This document shows, piece by piece, positions 20,260 to 33,927 of a DNA stretch of 64,000 bases. Origin of the DNA: Candidatus Marinacidobacterales bacterium (GTDB taxonomy: Bacteria > Acidobacteriota > Vicinamibacteria > Marinacidobacterales > DATDRI01); assembly GCA_965219415.1 (NCBI GenBank), contig CBDCNP010000002.1, forward strand, positions 5,024,001 through 5,088,000. The letters run 5' to 3'. The notes under the pieces are model-generated. The model was not told the origin of the DNA, did no database searches, and saw only the letters and a list, made by a program, of their open reading frames with translations. Position numbers and translations under genes: made by a program. Positions within the stretch are counted from its first letter, which is position 1. Every line of letters starts with the position of its first letter.

Positions 20260-21591
20260 TTAATGCCCAGAGGTGTTCGTATACTGGGTCGAAATTTCGC
20301 ATCTGCGCACTCTGCCACGAAGCTTGGTCAGCAAGTCCATGGCATGGGAACGACTCTCGACCGCAATCTGAGCTCGAAAGAACACTTCTTCCTGCTGATA
20401 GTCGAGTCTATCCACGGTCATGCCATTCGTCATGTGCTGCACGACGTCGACGACGCTCGGGCCGTCGCTCGAGAAAAAACGGCTCGCATCTCCGGTCACG
20501 GTGAGAACCAAGCGGTCCGGCCTGCCAGCTGCACCCCACCCTTTCAACCATATGACGAAGGGCGTTACGACACACACCGTCGCGACGCCGAGCATCAGAT
20601 GGTTCCCTCCCAATGCCACGCCGAGGCCAATGCAAACGAGGAGATACACGAGCTCTTCGGGACTCGCGATCGAGGTTCTGAACCTGATAATGGACAAGGC
20701 ACCGATGAGACCTAAGGCAAGCGCGGGCGAGTACTGTACGACCGAGATGACGACGATCGTGCTGAGTGTGAAGAGCGGGAGCACGTCAGCGAAAGGCTCC
20801 CGATTGACGACCGTTGAAGAGCAACGTCGGTAGAGCTCGCGAATTGCCAGCGCCAACAAACCGCCTACCAGGAGGTTGACGACGAAGCGCATCGTCGTGA
20901 CTTGGTCGTCCGGCCCGATACCGGAGTAGTCGAATTGTTCCCCCAACCAATCGGAGGAGTCGGCGGGGAGCCGTTCGATGGTATCGGCTAATCTTCGCCA
21001 TGGCCGTTCGGCAAGAATCGGAGCTCCCCACACAGTCTGGATACGCTCGGCCCACAGCACGTTTTCGCGTGGCGGGACCGCCTGGGTCGAAAACGTCAAG
21101 ACGATGGTCTGGCCTTCCCAGGATGATAAATCGACCCGGCGTTCGTGCCACCGGTTGGCTTCACTGGCTCTGAATGTCTCCCGGTAGATGCTGGTCGCTT
21201 CTTCCCCATCTGGCCCCTCCGGTCCCACCAGAGTGATTCGATACTCGACTCGGGCGCGGCGAACGCTTTGCGCCATGACCAATGCCGGCGAAAACTCGAG
21301 AAAGCCTGCGGGAGGCACCGCGACCTCGAAACTCACGGTGGATGGAAACGGAGGTGTCAACGATTCAATCTCCCTCCCGCCGATTTCCACCGGGCCGGAG
21401 GCGCTCGGCTCGTTGACGAAATCGGGATAGCGACCGTCTCCGAAACGCGTGGCGGCTTCGGGGACGCCGTCCACCAGCTCACTGTCCCGCGAAGAGGGAC
21501 CGCAGGCCCAAGAGATCGTGGTCAAGATTGCCAGGGTCGCGAGTGCGAGGTACCGCCGTAGACCTTTGAGAGAAGTCTTGGTCCGGGGCAT
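20260..21591 (-). CDS. Extracytoplasmic beta-sandwich domain fused to a C-terminal DUF4956 domain
   Basis: Signal/lipobox-like SWAC, WHERRVDLSSWEGQTIVLTF, then ALGLIGALSIIRFRT..PEELVYLL. Confidence 0.75.
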   Translation of the reverse strand: MPRTKTSLKGLRRYLALATLAILTTISWACGPSSRDSELVDGVPEAATRFGDGRYPDFVNEPSASGPVEIGGREIESLTPPFPSTVSFEVAVPPAGFLEFSPALVMAQSVRRARVEYRITLVGPEGPDGEEATSIYRETFRASEANRWHERRVDLSSWEGQTIVLTFSTQAVPPRENVLWAERIQTVWGAPILAERPWRRLADTIERLPADSSDWLGEQFDYSGIGPDDQVTTMRFVVNLLVGGLLALAIRELYRRCSSTVVNREPFADVLPLFTLSTIVVISVVQYSPALALGLIGALSIIRFRTSIASPEELVYLLVCIGLGVALGGNHLMLGVATVCVVTPFVIWLKGWGAAGRPDRLVLTVTGDASRFFSSDGPSVVDVVQHMTNGMTVDRLDYQQEEVFFRAQIAVESRSHAMDLLTKLRGRVRRCEISTQYTNTSGH

Positions 21592-21640
21592 AGACATCGA
21601 GTCGAGCGATGTTAGTCTAGTCGCCTCCAACGGGCAAGCC

Positions 21641-22732
21641 GCTGCCTTGGTGCACAACTCGCGATCTCGGTCCACAATTGTCCTGTACTCGCGGATACGA
21701 GGTTCCCCATGAGCATTTTCAAACGCACTCAGCGGGAAGTATGTGAAGAAGGCCTATCGCGTGAGGAATTGGCGTGAATATGAGGCGGGTCTACGCAACC
21801 GCGGGAGCCTGACCGTCTGGATCTCGCTCACCGCCGGCAAGCTTGTGAACTGGGACGCGCCCCGGCCAAGGAGGAGGAAACCGGGCCGTCAACGCAAGTA
21901 CTCGAACCACGCCATCGAGACGGCTGTCACCCTGGGCATGGTGTTTCATCTGTCATCTAGGCAGAGCGAGGGATTGCTGCGGTCGTTGTTCGCTCTGATG
22001 AAGCTAGACAGTGATGTGCCCGATCACACCACGATCTCGAGGCGCAAGCCGAAGCTGGGTAAGGTCCCCTTCTACCAAGTCAAGCAGAAGACGCCGTTGC
22101 ACATCTTGTTCGACAGCAGCGGTCTCGCTGTCCACGCCGGCCAGCTGCGCAGAGCACAAAAGAGCAGGGACTATCGCAAGCTCCATCTGTGTGTCGACGA
22201 GCAGAGTGGCGAAGTCGTCGCCGGCGAGCTGACGAGCAAAAGAGCCCGCGATTCATCGCGGGTTGCATCGCTTGTCGGACAGATCGACAGTCCCATCTCA
22301 TCGGCCAGAGCTGACACCGCATACGACGCCGGCGGCGTCTATGAGGCAATCGAGAATCACAGCGCTCATCGCTCGCCGAGGGTGCTGATACCGCCGCGCA
22401 AGGGCGCCCTGCTCGCATCGGGGCCGGCGAGCAGCCGACAGCGCAATCGCAACATTGCAGCACAAGCTCGGCTCGGCAAACGAAAGTGGCACACAGAATC
22501 GGGCTACAGCAAACGGAGCAAAGTCGAGACAACGTTCCATCGCTACAAGGCTATCGTGGGCTCAGCGATGCGAGCGAGAGGGTTGGCGGCACAGAGAGGT
22601 GAGGCAAGGATCGGGTGCAAGATTCTCAACACCATGACGGCGCTCGGGATGCCTGATAGCGAGATGATCGGATGATGGGAGTCGGGGCCAAGCGAGCTCT
22701 CGGCCTCTATCGGAGTTGTGCACCAAGGCAGC
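21641..22732 (+). mobile_element. IS5-family (IS903-like) insertion sequence
   Basis: Perfect 20-bp IR GCTGCCTTGGTGCACAACTC at 21641-21660 and 22713-22732. Confidence 0.88.
21743..22675 (+). CDS. IS5-family transposase
   Basis: YRVRNWREY..RGSLTVW, PDHTTISRR, DSSG, ADTAYD, GYSKRSKVET. Confidence 0.92.
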   Translation: MKKAYRVRNWREYEAGLRNRGSLTVWISLTAGKLVNWDAPRPRRRKPGRQRKYSNHAIETAVTLGMVFHLSSRQSEGLLRSLFALMKLDSDVPDHTTISRRKPKLGKVPFYQVKQKTPLHILFDSSGLAVHAGQLRRAQKSRDYRKLHLCVDEQSGEVVAGELTSKRARDSSRVASLVGQIDSPISSARADTAYDAGGVYEAIENHSAHRSPRVLIPPRKGALLASGPASSRQRNRNIAAQARLGKRKWHTESGYSKRSKVETTFHRYKAIVGSAMRARGLAAQRGEARIGCKILNTMTALGMPDSEMIG

Positions 22733-23021
22733 CTTTCGGCACGTACGTATGGTTGGTCCGTGAGGAGGTCGTAGGCTATCACTTATAGGCCGGCTGCAGG
22801 CATCTATTAATGGACTGGGGCCCACCGCCGCCTGGCTATCTCCGGCTCAAGCAACCACGTATTTTGACGGCCGACAAGCTGCTCCGCATGAGCTTGCTCG
22901 CGCCTCCGCGACAGCTGAGGGCTCTCCTGGCCGGCGGGCCTCCCGGGCCTCCCGGCCCGTTGTGCGCTCCTTGTCGGTCGAGCATGCATCTGGTATCATG
23001 AGCAACATATGGAGTTAGAGG

Positions 23022-23342
23022 TTGCCGGTGGAAGGTGAAGACAAACTAAGACCGATGGTTCGTGACCTCGAGAAGAGTATCGAGCGAGCGATCTCGAGTT
23101 CGCCACAGGTGGAAGAGTGTTTGTCTCGTGTTCGCGATGCGGGGTACGAAGTTTCGCTCGTGCTCCAAGCGACTCTGGTGTTCGCGCCTACCGGCCAGCT
23201 GGACGAAACGGCGGCCGAGACCCTTGCCGGAATTTCGGGGGAGAAGGGGGCTTCTTTTCGGATTAGCCCGCTGGACAAGAAATTTCTGCGCTCTCTCAAA
23301 ATCGCCGTCGATGCCACAGAAGACGACAAAACCCGCTCTTAG
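23022..23342 (+). CDS. Small hypothetical protein
   Basis: GGAG RBS; protein-like composition. Start uncertain. Confidence 0.6.
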   Translation: MPVEGEDKLRPMVRDLEKSIERAISSSPQVEECLSRVRDAGYEVSLVLQATLVFAPTGQLDETAAETLAGISGEKGASFRISPLDKKFLRSLKIAVDATEDDKTRS

Positions 23343-23377
23343 CATGTTTTTCGGGCGGCGACCGCCCTCCTGCCAAC

Positions 23378-26921
<3,544 letters not shown>

Positions 26922-26959
26922 GCCGTTTCACCGGAAAGCCAGAAATAAGAAAAGAGCGC

Positions 26960-26987
26960 GCCACCCGAGATTCGGGTGGCTTTTTTT
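26960..26987 (+). terminator. Rho-independent terminator
   Basis: GCCACCCGA-GAT-TCGGGTGGC followed by T7. Confidence 0.9.
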
Positions 26988-27207
26988 GCCCGCCGCCTGG
27001 TAGGTCGATTCCCAGCCTCTTGGCGCCCAACAGGATCTGAAGGCCGCTCGGGTTTGGAATATCCCTCTCTGTCACAAGCCATTAGATGGATCCGAAGAGA
27101 TGGATCGAGAATCCGAAGAAATGGATCCAAAATCGTCCCAGAGGGTCGGTTCCGGAACTAACCCACCTTTTGAAAAGGGTTTAGGGGAGTGAAGCGGGAG
27201 CAGCTAA

Positions 27208-27223
27208 TGGTACGGAAATTGCT
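27208..27223 (+). promoter_or_regulatory. Sigma-54 -24/-12 promoter
   Basis: TGGTACGGAAATTGCT (GG-N10-GC), 50 bp upstream of an operon encoding a sigma-54 activator. Confidence 0.7.
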
Positions 27224-27272
27224 CGTAGCTCCTTGGGTAATTAGGTCTTAGATAGAATGTCATGAGGCACAT

Positions 27273-30194
27273 GTGAAACTGACCCCCAAAGCGCGATCCT
27301 TGAAAGTCCTGCTAGTCCTAACGACTACCGGGACGCTTCTCGTTCTGGGGCTCAACAACATCCTGCTCAAGGCCAGCTTCCACCTTCTGGATGATGGTGT
27401 TTTCTGGGAGGCCAAGGAAGCACAAGTGGTGGCCAAGCGGATGGATCCGGAGGGCCCAGCGGCGCAAGCGGGGCTTCGAAAGGGCGACGTACTGGTGGCC
27501 ATCGGTGATCATGCGGTCGATGCGCCGATTGACGTGCGAGAGGTTCTCGATCGCTCCTCCGAAGGTCAAACGCTCACCTACCAGGTGATTCGAGTCGATG
27601 AGCGCCGCGCGTTTTCGATTCCGGTTGAGCCTCTGCCGCGAGGAAACGTTGGCCTTTACTACTTCCTGGCAGCGGTGGGGATCTTCTCGCTGGTGGTGGG
27701 CACCGTGGTCTATGTCCGCCGGCGAGGGGTCGTGGGAACAGCGCACTTCTATCTTCTCTGCGTGTTCTGGTTTTTGGCCTGGGGTATCACTTTCACCGGC
27801 AAGCTGAACGTTTGGGACTCTGCCTTTTATTGGATGGACGTGGTCGGGGTGCTTTTCTTCCCACCGGTGTTCTTACATTTCGCGCTCGGTTTCCCGGAAA
27901 GAAAACCGTTTGTAGAAACGCACCGATGGGTCTTCCCGCTTCTTTACGTCCCCTCCCTTCTGTTGATCTATGTGATCCTCCTTGGGAAGCTTTTCTTTTT
28001 TGCCAAAGTTCCGTGGGGAGACGAGTTCTTCGTTCAATCGAATCAGGTGCTCGACCGCTTGCTACCGTTTTACGTGGCGGTCATGTCCCTCGCGGCCTTT
28101 GCCGGCTTCGTCGATTCCTACCACAGGGCGCGAACCATTACCGTCAAGAAGCAGACGAAGTGGATCGTTTGGGGAACCGGTTTCGGAATCGCACCTTTCG
28201 CGCTCTTTTATGCACTCCCGTACTTGCTCGGTTTCCAGCCTAGTCTGGCACTGGAGCTCTCGGCCGTGCCGCTTGCGTTGATACCGTTGTCGTTTGCTTA
28301 CGCAATCGTCAAGTACCGGCTGATGGATGTCGAGGTTCTCTTCAAACGCGGCGTGGTCTACACCTTGGCTTCGGCCACCGTGGTCGGGCTCTATCTGGCG
28401 ATCTTTTTTCTCGGAACGCATTACTTGGTTGCCGACCCTCACAGCACGGTCATCGCACTCCTCGCCACGATGGTGGTGGTGCTGGTGTTCACGCCTTTGA
28501 AGAGCCGTATTCAAGTCGAGATCGACCGTCTGTTTTATCGGGAACGGTACAACTACCGAAATGCCCTGTTAGCGTTCTCGAGAGATTTAAACGGCTATCT
28601 AGATCTTGACCACCTTTCCCAAAGACTGGTCGAACGCATCCGCGATACTTTCGAAGTCGAAAAGGTTTCATTGCTGGTTCCCAACGGAGACGGTTACTTT
28701 TCGGTATTGGCTGGTTTGGGTCTATCGGAAACCGAATGGCGCACCGTTCGCATCGAGCCGGAGTCGACGCTGTTGAGCCGATTGGCTCAGGGCGCACCGG
28801 TGTACTACGACGGAGCGGAAGCCCGGGAAGGCGGGGAGTTGCCAGAGCTTGACGAGTTCATGACGCATGGGTTGCCTTACGCGATCCCGTGCCTAGCTCA
28901 GGGCAAAGTCGTCGGCGTGATCCTGCTCGGCCGTCGTTGGGACCAAAGCGCGCTCTCCAGCGAAGACGTGGAACTTCTCCAGGCGCTGTCGGGCCAGGCG
29001 GCGACGGCTTTAGAGAACGCCCGTCTGTATCGCTCTTTGGAGCTCAAAGCGGAACAATTCGAGCGGCTGAAAGAACACAGCGAGAACACCATCGAGTCTC
29101 TCGAGGCCGGTATCTTGGTGCTCAATCTGGACGGCGAGGTCGTCCGCTGGAACCGTTCCCTCGAGCGACTGTACGGGGTCTCGCGAGAAGAAGCTTTGGG
29201 GCGCACCATCGAAGAGCTGTTTCCAGTCTCCTTCCAAGAGGTCTTGGTGGCTCGTATGGGAGAGGCCTGGTGGACAAAGGCCGAGGCCAGTGGCGTGTCC
29301 CGCTTGAACCTTCATAACCAGCGTGACGAGACCAAGGTGGTCACGCTTCGCGTGGCTCCTTTCGTTTCCGGCACCGGAGAGACTCAAGGGACGATCGTCA
29401 TCTTCGAAGACGTTTCGGAACGGGTCGGACTCGAGACGCAGCTTCGACTCCGCGAGAAGATGGCCTCGCTAGGCCTCCTCGCTGCGGGAGTCGCACACGA
29501 GGTCAATACTCCATTGACCGGCATCAGCAGCTTCACACAAATGCTGATAAACCGAACGGCGCGGGACGATCCCCGCGCCAAGCTCTTGGAGAAGGTGGAG
29601 CGTCAGACCGAGCGCGCTTCCAAGATCGTCAACAACCTTCTCAACTTCGCGCGCCAAGGTCGTTCGAGCTTCGTCCCGGTGGACGTCAATGAGCAGATTC
29701 AAGATGTGCTGTCCCTACTAGAGCACCAACTGACACGTGCCCGGGTCCAAGTCCGGCTCGAGCTGAGCGAGGATTTGCCAAAAGTTCTGGGCGACGAGAA
29801 CAAACTCCAACAGGTGTTCTTGAATCTGATCCTGAACGCGCAAGACGCGATGCCATCCGGTGGATGGCTCACCATCAAGACGCTCGCACAAACCACCAGT
29901 GTAACGGTGGAAGTTGCCGATACCGGTCAGGGCATCAGCAAGGATGATGTCAAGAGGATTTACGACCCGTTCTTTACGACTAAGCGCGCCGGACGGAGCG
30001 GCACCGGCTTGGGCCTTTCGATCAGCTACGGAATTGTTCAAGAACACTCCGGACACATTTCGGTGGAAAGCGCGGTGGGCAAGGGAACGCGTTTTCAGAT
30101 CAAATTGCCCCCCCTGGAGAGGGTGGCGGCCTCCTCGGCGGCCAAGAGTTCCGTGGCCGGATCCGGCGGGCTGGGGAAGGCGAAAGGGAGCTAG
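27273..30194 (+). CDS. Membrane sensor histidine kinase (PDZ, multi-TM, GAF, PAS, HisKA, HATPase)
   Basis: GPAAQAGLRKGD (PDZ), AHEVNTPL, NAQDA, DTGQG, FFTTK, GTGLGL. Confidence 0.92.
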   Translation: MKLTPKARSLKVLLVLTTTGTLLVLGLNNILLKASFHLLDDGVFWEAKEAQVVAKRMDPEGPAAQAGLRKGDVLVAIGDHAVDAPIDVREVLDRSSEGQTLTYQVIRVDERRAFSIPVEPLPRGNVGLYYFLAAVGIFSLVVGTVVYVRRRGVVGTAHFYLLCVFWFLAWGITFTGKLNVWDSAFYWMDVVGVLFFPPVFLHFALGFPERKPFVETHRWVFPLLYVPSLLLIYVILLGKLFFFAKVPWGDEFFVQSNQVLDRLLPFYVAVMSLAAFAGFVDSYHRARTITVKKQTKWIVWGTGFGIAPFALFYALPYLLGFQPSLALELSAVPLALIPLSFAYAIVKYRLMDVEVLFKRGVVYTLASATVVGLYLAIFFLGTHYLVADPHSTVIALLATMVVVLVFTPLKSRIQVEIDRLFYRERYNYRNALLAFSRDLNGYLDLDHLSQRLVERIRDTFEVEKVSLLVPNGDGYFSVLAGLGLSETEWRTVRIEPESTLLSRLAQGAPVYYDGAEAREGGELPELDEFMTHGLPYAIPCLAQGKVVGVILLGRRWDQSALSSEDVELLQALSGQAATALENARLYRSLELKAEQFERLKEHSENTIESLEAGILVLNLDGEVVRWNRSLERLYGVSREEALGRTIEELFPVSFQEVLVARMGEAWWTKAEASGVSRLNLHNQRDETKVVTLRVAPFVSGTGETQGTIVIFEDVSERVGLETQLRLREKMASLGLLAAGVAHEVNTPLTGISSFTQMLINRTARDDPRAKLLEKVERQTERASKIVNNLLNFARQGRSSFVPVDVNEQIQDVLSLLEHQLTRARVQVRLELSEDLPKVLGDENKLQQVFLNLILNAQDAMPSGGWLTIKTLAQTTSVTVEVADTGQGISKDDVKRIYDPFFTTKRAGRSGTGLGLSISYGIVQEHSGHISVESAVGKGTRFQIKLPPLERVAASSAAKSSVAGSGGLGKAKGS

Positions 30195-30367
30195 GAACGC
30201 CGTCCGACGCTTCTGAAGTCGCAAGATGCTTTTTGAAGTGTTCGAGCGTCGTCGCTATGTCGCGCGTTTTCCGTCGCCCGGCCAGAGGAGCTGGAAGAAG
30301 AAGACGAGCAAGTTCGAACCCGCACATTTGGTCATCCCCGGAAGCCGAGCCAGAATAGAGATCGCAC

Positions 30368-31768
30368 ATGAGTGACAAAGGAACCGTTCTCGTCGTTGAC
30401 GACGAGGAGGTTATGCGCGAGATCTTGGACTCGTTGCTGACTAGGGAAGATTACCGCGTAAAGTTGGCGGCGACTGGCGAGGCCGGGCTCGACCTAGCCC
30501 GCCGCGAGCCGATCGATTTGGCAATCGTCGACGTCATGCTCCCCGACATGTCGGGCATCGAAGTGCTCGAGGCGCTCAAGAAGGCGGATCCGGAAATGGT
30601 GGTGATGATGATTACCGCCTTCGCCTCAGTAGAAACGGCCATCACCGCGATGAAGATGGGTGCCTTTGACTATATCGCCAAGCCTTTCAAGAATGATGAG
30701 GTGCTGGCGGTAGTGGCCAACGGAGCCCACCAGCGTCATCTTGTCACCGAGAACCGCACGCTCAAACAGGCTCTCTCCAGCCACCAGCGCTACGATGTCC
30801 TGGTGGGCAAGGCGCCCAAGATGCAGGAAGTTTACAGCTTGATCCAGCAGGTAGCGCCTTCCCGAAGCACCGTCCTGATCTCTGGCGAAAGTGGTACCGG
30901 GAAGGAGTTGGCGGCCAAAGCCATTCACAACAACAGCGCGCGTCGCGAGAAGCCTTTCGTCACCGTGAATTCGGGGAGCCTACCGCCGGACTTGCTCGAG
31001 AGCAATCTGTTCGGGCACGTCAAAGGAGCCTTCACCGGAGCGGTCAGCCCCAAGAAGGGTCTCTTCGAAGTCGCTAGTGGTGGAAGCATCTTTTTTGACG
31101 AAATCGGGACCGTTCATATAGAGACACAAGCCAAGCTCCTTCGCGTCATTCAGGAGAAGGAGTTCATGCGTCTGGGAGGCGTCGACAACATTAGGGTCGA
31201 TGTCCGCATCATTGCGGCGACTAACACCGATCTCAAACAGCTCGTGGATCAAGGCGGCTTCCGAGAGGATCTCTACTATCGTCTGAATGTCATCAACGTC
31301 ACGCTGCCCGCGCTGCGGCTTCGAAAAGAGGATATCCCTCTGTTGGTGAATCACTTTCTCACTAAATACGGTGAAGAGAACGAACGTCCCCACCTCGAGC
31401 TGGAAAAGGAGGCTCTGCAGGCACTCGTTGAGTACGACTGGCCGGGCAACGTGCGGGAGCTCGAGAACGTCATCGAGCGGGCGGTGGTGCTGACGGAAGG
31501 CATCTCTATCGATCGCCAGCTCATCCCCGAGCACGTCCGTTCCGGCCCTTCCTTCAGCGTGCCGCAGGTGGTCGTTCCCGAGGAAGGGATCTCTTTCCGC
31601 GAGGTCATCACCGATTTCGAAAAAAAACTCATCGAGTCATCGCTCGAAACATCCGGAGGAGTACAAAAGAAGGCAGCGCAACTTCTCGGACTCAAGCCCA
31701 CGACCCTGAACGAGATGATCAAACGCTACAATATCCAGTTGGAGAGGAAAGAAACGTCGACTCGTTAG
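30368..31768 (+). CDS. NtrC-family sigma-54-dependent response regulator
   Basis: REC domain, GESGTGKE, GAFTGA, WPGNVRELEN, Fis HTH. Confidence 0.95.
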   Translation: MSDKGTVLVVDDEEVMREILDSLLTREDYRVKLAATGEAGLDLARREPIDLAIVDVMLPDMSGIEVLEALKKADPEMVVMMITAFASVETAITAMKMGAFDYIAKPFKNDEVLAVVANGAHQRHLVTENRTLKQALSSHQRYDVLVGKAPKMQEVYSLIQQVAPSRSTVLISGESGTGKELAAKAIHNNSARREKPFVTVNSGSLPPDLLESNLFGHVKGAFTGAVSPKKGLFEVASGGSIFFDEIGTVHIETQAKLLRVIQEKEFMRLGGVDNIRVDVRIIAATNTDLKQLVDQGGFREDLYYRLNVINVTLPALRLRKEDIPLLVNHFLTKYGEENERPHLELEKEALQALVEYDWPGNVRELENVIERAVVLTEGISIDRQLIPEHVRSGPSFSVPQVVVPEEGISFREVITDFEKKLIESSLETSGGVQKKAAQLLGLKPTTLNEMIKRYNIQLERKETSTR

Positions 31769-31794
31769 TACCGATAACGACGGACGGTTGAAAA

Positions 31795-33888
31795 ATGAGG
31801 CGAATCATTCTCAACGTTTTCCTGGGAATCCTTTTCTTGGCGGTGACTCCGTTACCGAGTCTCGCGGAAGATGATCGCCTCGAAAAGCTAGGTCCCCAGC
31901 ACCGCAAATGGCTGGAGGAGGAGGTCGTCTACATCATCCTCGACCGTGAGCGTGAAGTCTTCCTCACTCTTGAGACCATGGACGATCGCAATCGATTCAT
32001 CGAGGCATTCTGGCGAAAGCGAGACCCCAATCGGGCGACGCCAGAGAACGAGTTCAAGGTAGAGCACTATGAGCGCATAGACCACGCCAATAAATTCCTG
32101 GGGCGGGAAACGTCTCGCAAGGGATGGCGAACCGATCGCGGAAGAATGCACATCATTCTGGGAGAGCCGCTAGAAATCCAGACGTTCGACGGCTATCAAA
32201 ACCTCGTGAGCCAGCACCTTTGGTTTTACAGCGGCGAGCCGGCCAAGGCATTGCCGCCTTTCTTCTATCTCCTGTTTTACAAACGTCAGGACACTGGCGA
32301 GTTCAGGCTCTACAGTCCGCTCGGCGACGGGCCGGCTCGGCTGACCATAGGATTGATTGGCGGTAGCAACGATCCGATTGAAGCCATCTCCCTCCTCCGA
32401 GACGCCTCGCCGGAGCTAGCGCGGGCCTCCCTCTCGCTGGACGCGGGCGATACGGTGGACATGCGGAATGGCCGTCCTTCCTTGGGCAGCGAAATCGTGA
32501 TGGCGAGGATCTATGAGTCTCCCAAGCGCGCCGTCCGTCCCGACTATGCCGATGCCTGGATGACCTATCGCGATCGGGTCTCCGCCGAATACTCCTTCAA
32601 CTACGTACCTAACCGGAGCTATTTCGCCGTGCTCAATGGGCCGGATGAGACGCCTTTCGTGAGCTATGCCGTCGAGCTCGATCCGCAGAACTTCAGCATG
32701 GAGACCGATGAGGACGAAACAAAGTTCTACACGACGCTCGACGTCAGTGTAGAGGCTCGGAGCAAGGATGGGGTTGTCGTTCTCGCCAACGACAAGGAGG
32801 ACTATCTCGAGTTGAGACCAGGACAGTTTCAGAACGCCCGAGCCACTCCATTGTCCTATCAATCCAATTTCCCTTTGCTCCCGGGCGAGTATGACGTGAG
32901 TATCATTCTGAGAAATCGCGTCGGGAAGCGGTACACCGTCGCCGAAACCGAGCTGACCGTGCGTTCGCCTTCCGCCGACGAGCCCGCGCTCAGCGATGCG
33001 ATTCTGGGTTACACGGTCGATGAGCTTCAAAAGACCGGTGCTGCGCCCGGCGAGATTCGCACCTTCCAACTCGGCAACTCCCGAGTGCAGCCCGCCGCGG
33101 ACGGCATCTTTTCGTTAGGTGAAACCATCCACGTGTTCCTCCGGGTCGACGGGGCTAGCAACGACTCTCAGCTTCACTTCGCGCTGATGAACGGAGAGGA
33201 AGTGGTACAGGAGAAAACGACGGCCCTGAGCATCTACCTGGGAGGCCCAGTCATCGAACGGTTTCCGCTTCGGGGTATGGTGGGGGGGCGTTACACCGTG
33301 CGGGTTCGTCTCCTGGATGCATCGGGCGCGGTGCTGGCGGAGCGCAACGCCCGCGCCCAAGTATCTCCTCGGGAGAACATCATCCGACCCTGGGTACGAC
33401 GAATCAGTTTCAACACAACGACCCCCGGGTTACTCGCCGTCGCGCGGGGGCAACAACTCCATGCCTACCGGCGAATCCCCGAAGCGAAAGTCGAGTTCGA
33501 AAAGGCGATCGCGGCCGACGAAAGCGGCGATCTTCCGATGGCGCGTATGCGCTTGGCTTGGATCTCGTTACAGACCGGTGATTCAACGCGCGGGCTCGAG
33601 CTTTTGGCTCCGATGGAGGAGAAGTTTCCCAACCGATACGAGGTGGTCGCGGGGCTGGGCCTTGGCTACGGTCTTCAGGGCGATTGCTCGAAGAGCGTTC
33701 AGTACCTCGAACGTGCCATGACGATTCGCAAGCCCGACACCGCGGTGCTGAACATCGCGGGCGACTGCTATATGCGAATGGGAGACAGGGAAAGAGCCAT
33801 ACAGGCGTTTGAGCGTTCACTGGATTTGAACGCCGAGCAGGCCAAGGTCAAAGAAGTGTTGACTTCCCTTCAAGGCAACGACGACTGA
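31795..33888 (+). CDS. GWxTD-domain protein with C-terminal TPRs
   Basis: Signal peptide, FWRKRDP..ENEF, GWRTDRG, TPR helices. Confidence 0.88.
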   Translation: MRRIILNVFLGILFLAVTPLPSLAEDDRLEKLGPQHRKWLEEEVVYIILDREREVFLTLETMDDRNRFIEAFWRKRDPNRATPENEFKVEHYERIDHANKFLGRETSRKGWRTDRGRMHIILGEPLEIQTFDGYQNLVSQHLWFYSGEPAKALPPFFYLLFYKRQDTGEFRLYSPLGDGPARLTIGLIGGSNDPIEAISLLRDASPELARASLSLDAGDTVDMRNGRPSLGSEIVMARIYESPKRAVRPDYADAWMTYRDRVSAEYSFNYVPNRSYFAVLNGPDETPFVSYAVELDPQNFSMETDEDETKFYTTLDVSVEARSKDGVVVLANDKEDYLELRPGQFQNARATPLSYQSNFPLLPGEYDVSIILRNRVGKRYTVAETELTVRSPSADEPALSDAILGYTVDELQKTGAAPGEIRTFQLGNSRVQPAADGIFSLGETIHVFLRVDGASNDSQLHFALMNGEEVVQEKTTALSIYLGGPVIERFPLRGMVGGRYTVRVRLLDASGAVLAERNARAQVSPRENIIRPWVRRISFNTTTPGLLAVARGQQLHAYRRIPEAKVEFEKAIAADESGDLPMARMRLAWISLQTGDSTRGLELLAPMEEKFPNRYEVVAGLGLGYGLQGDCSKSVQYLERAMTIRKPDTAVLNIAGDCYMRMGDRERAIQAFERSLDLNAEQAKVKEVLTSLQGNDD

Positions 33889-33927
33889 TCCCGGGTCGCC
33901 CCACGATTCTATCCCGACTTCGAGGCG

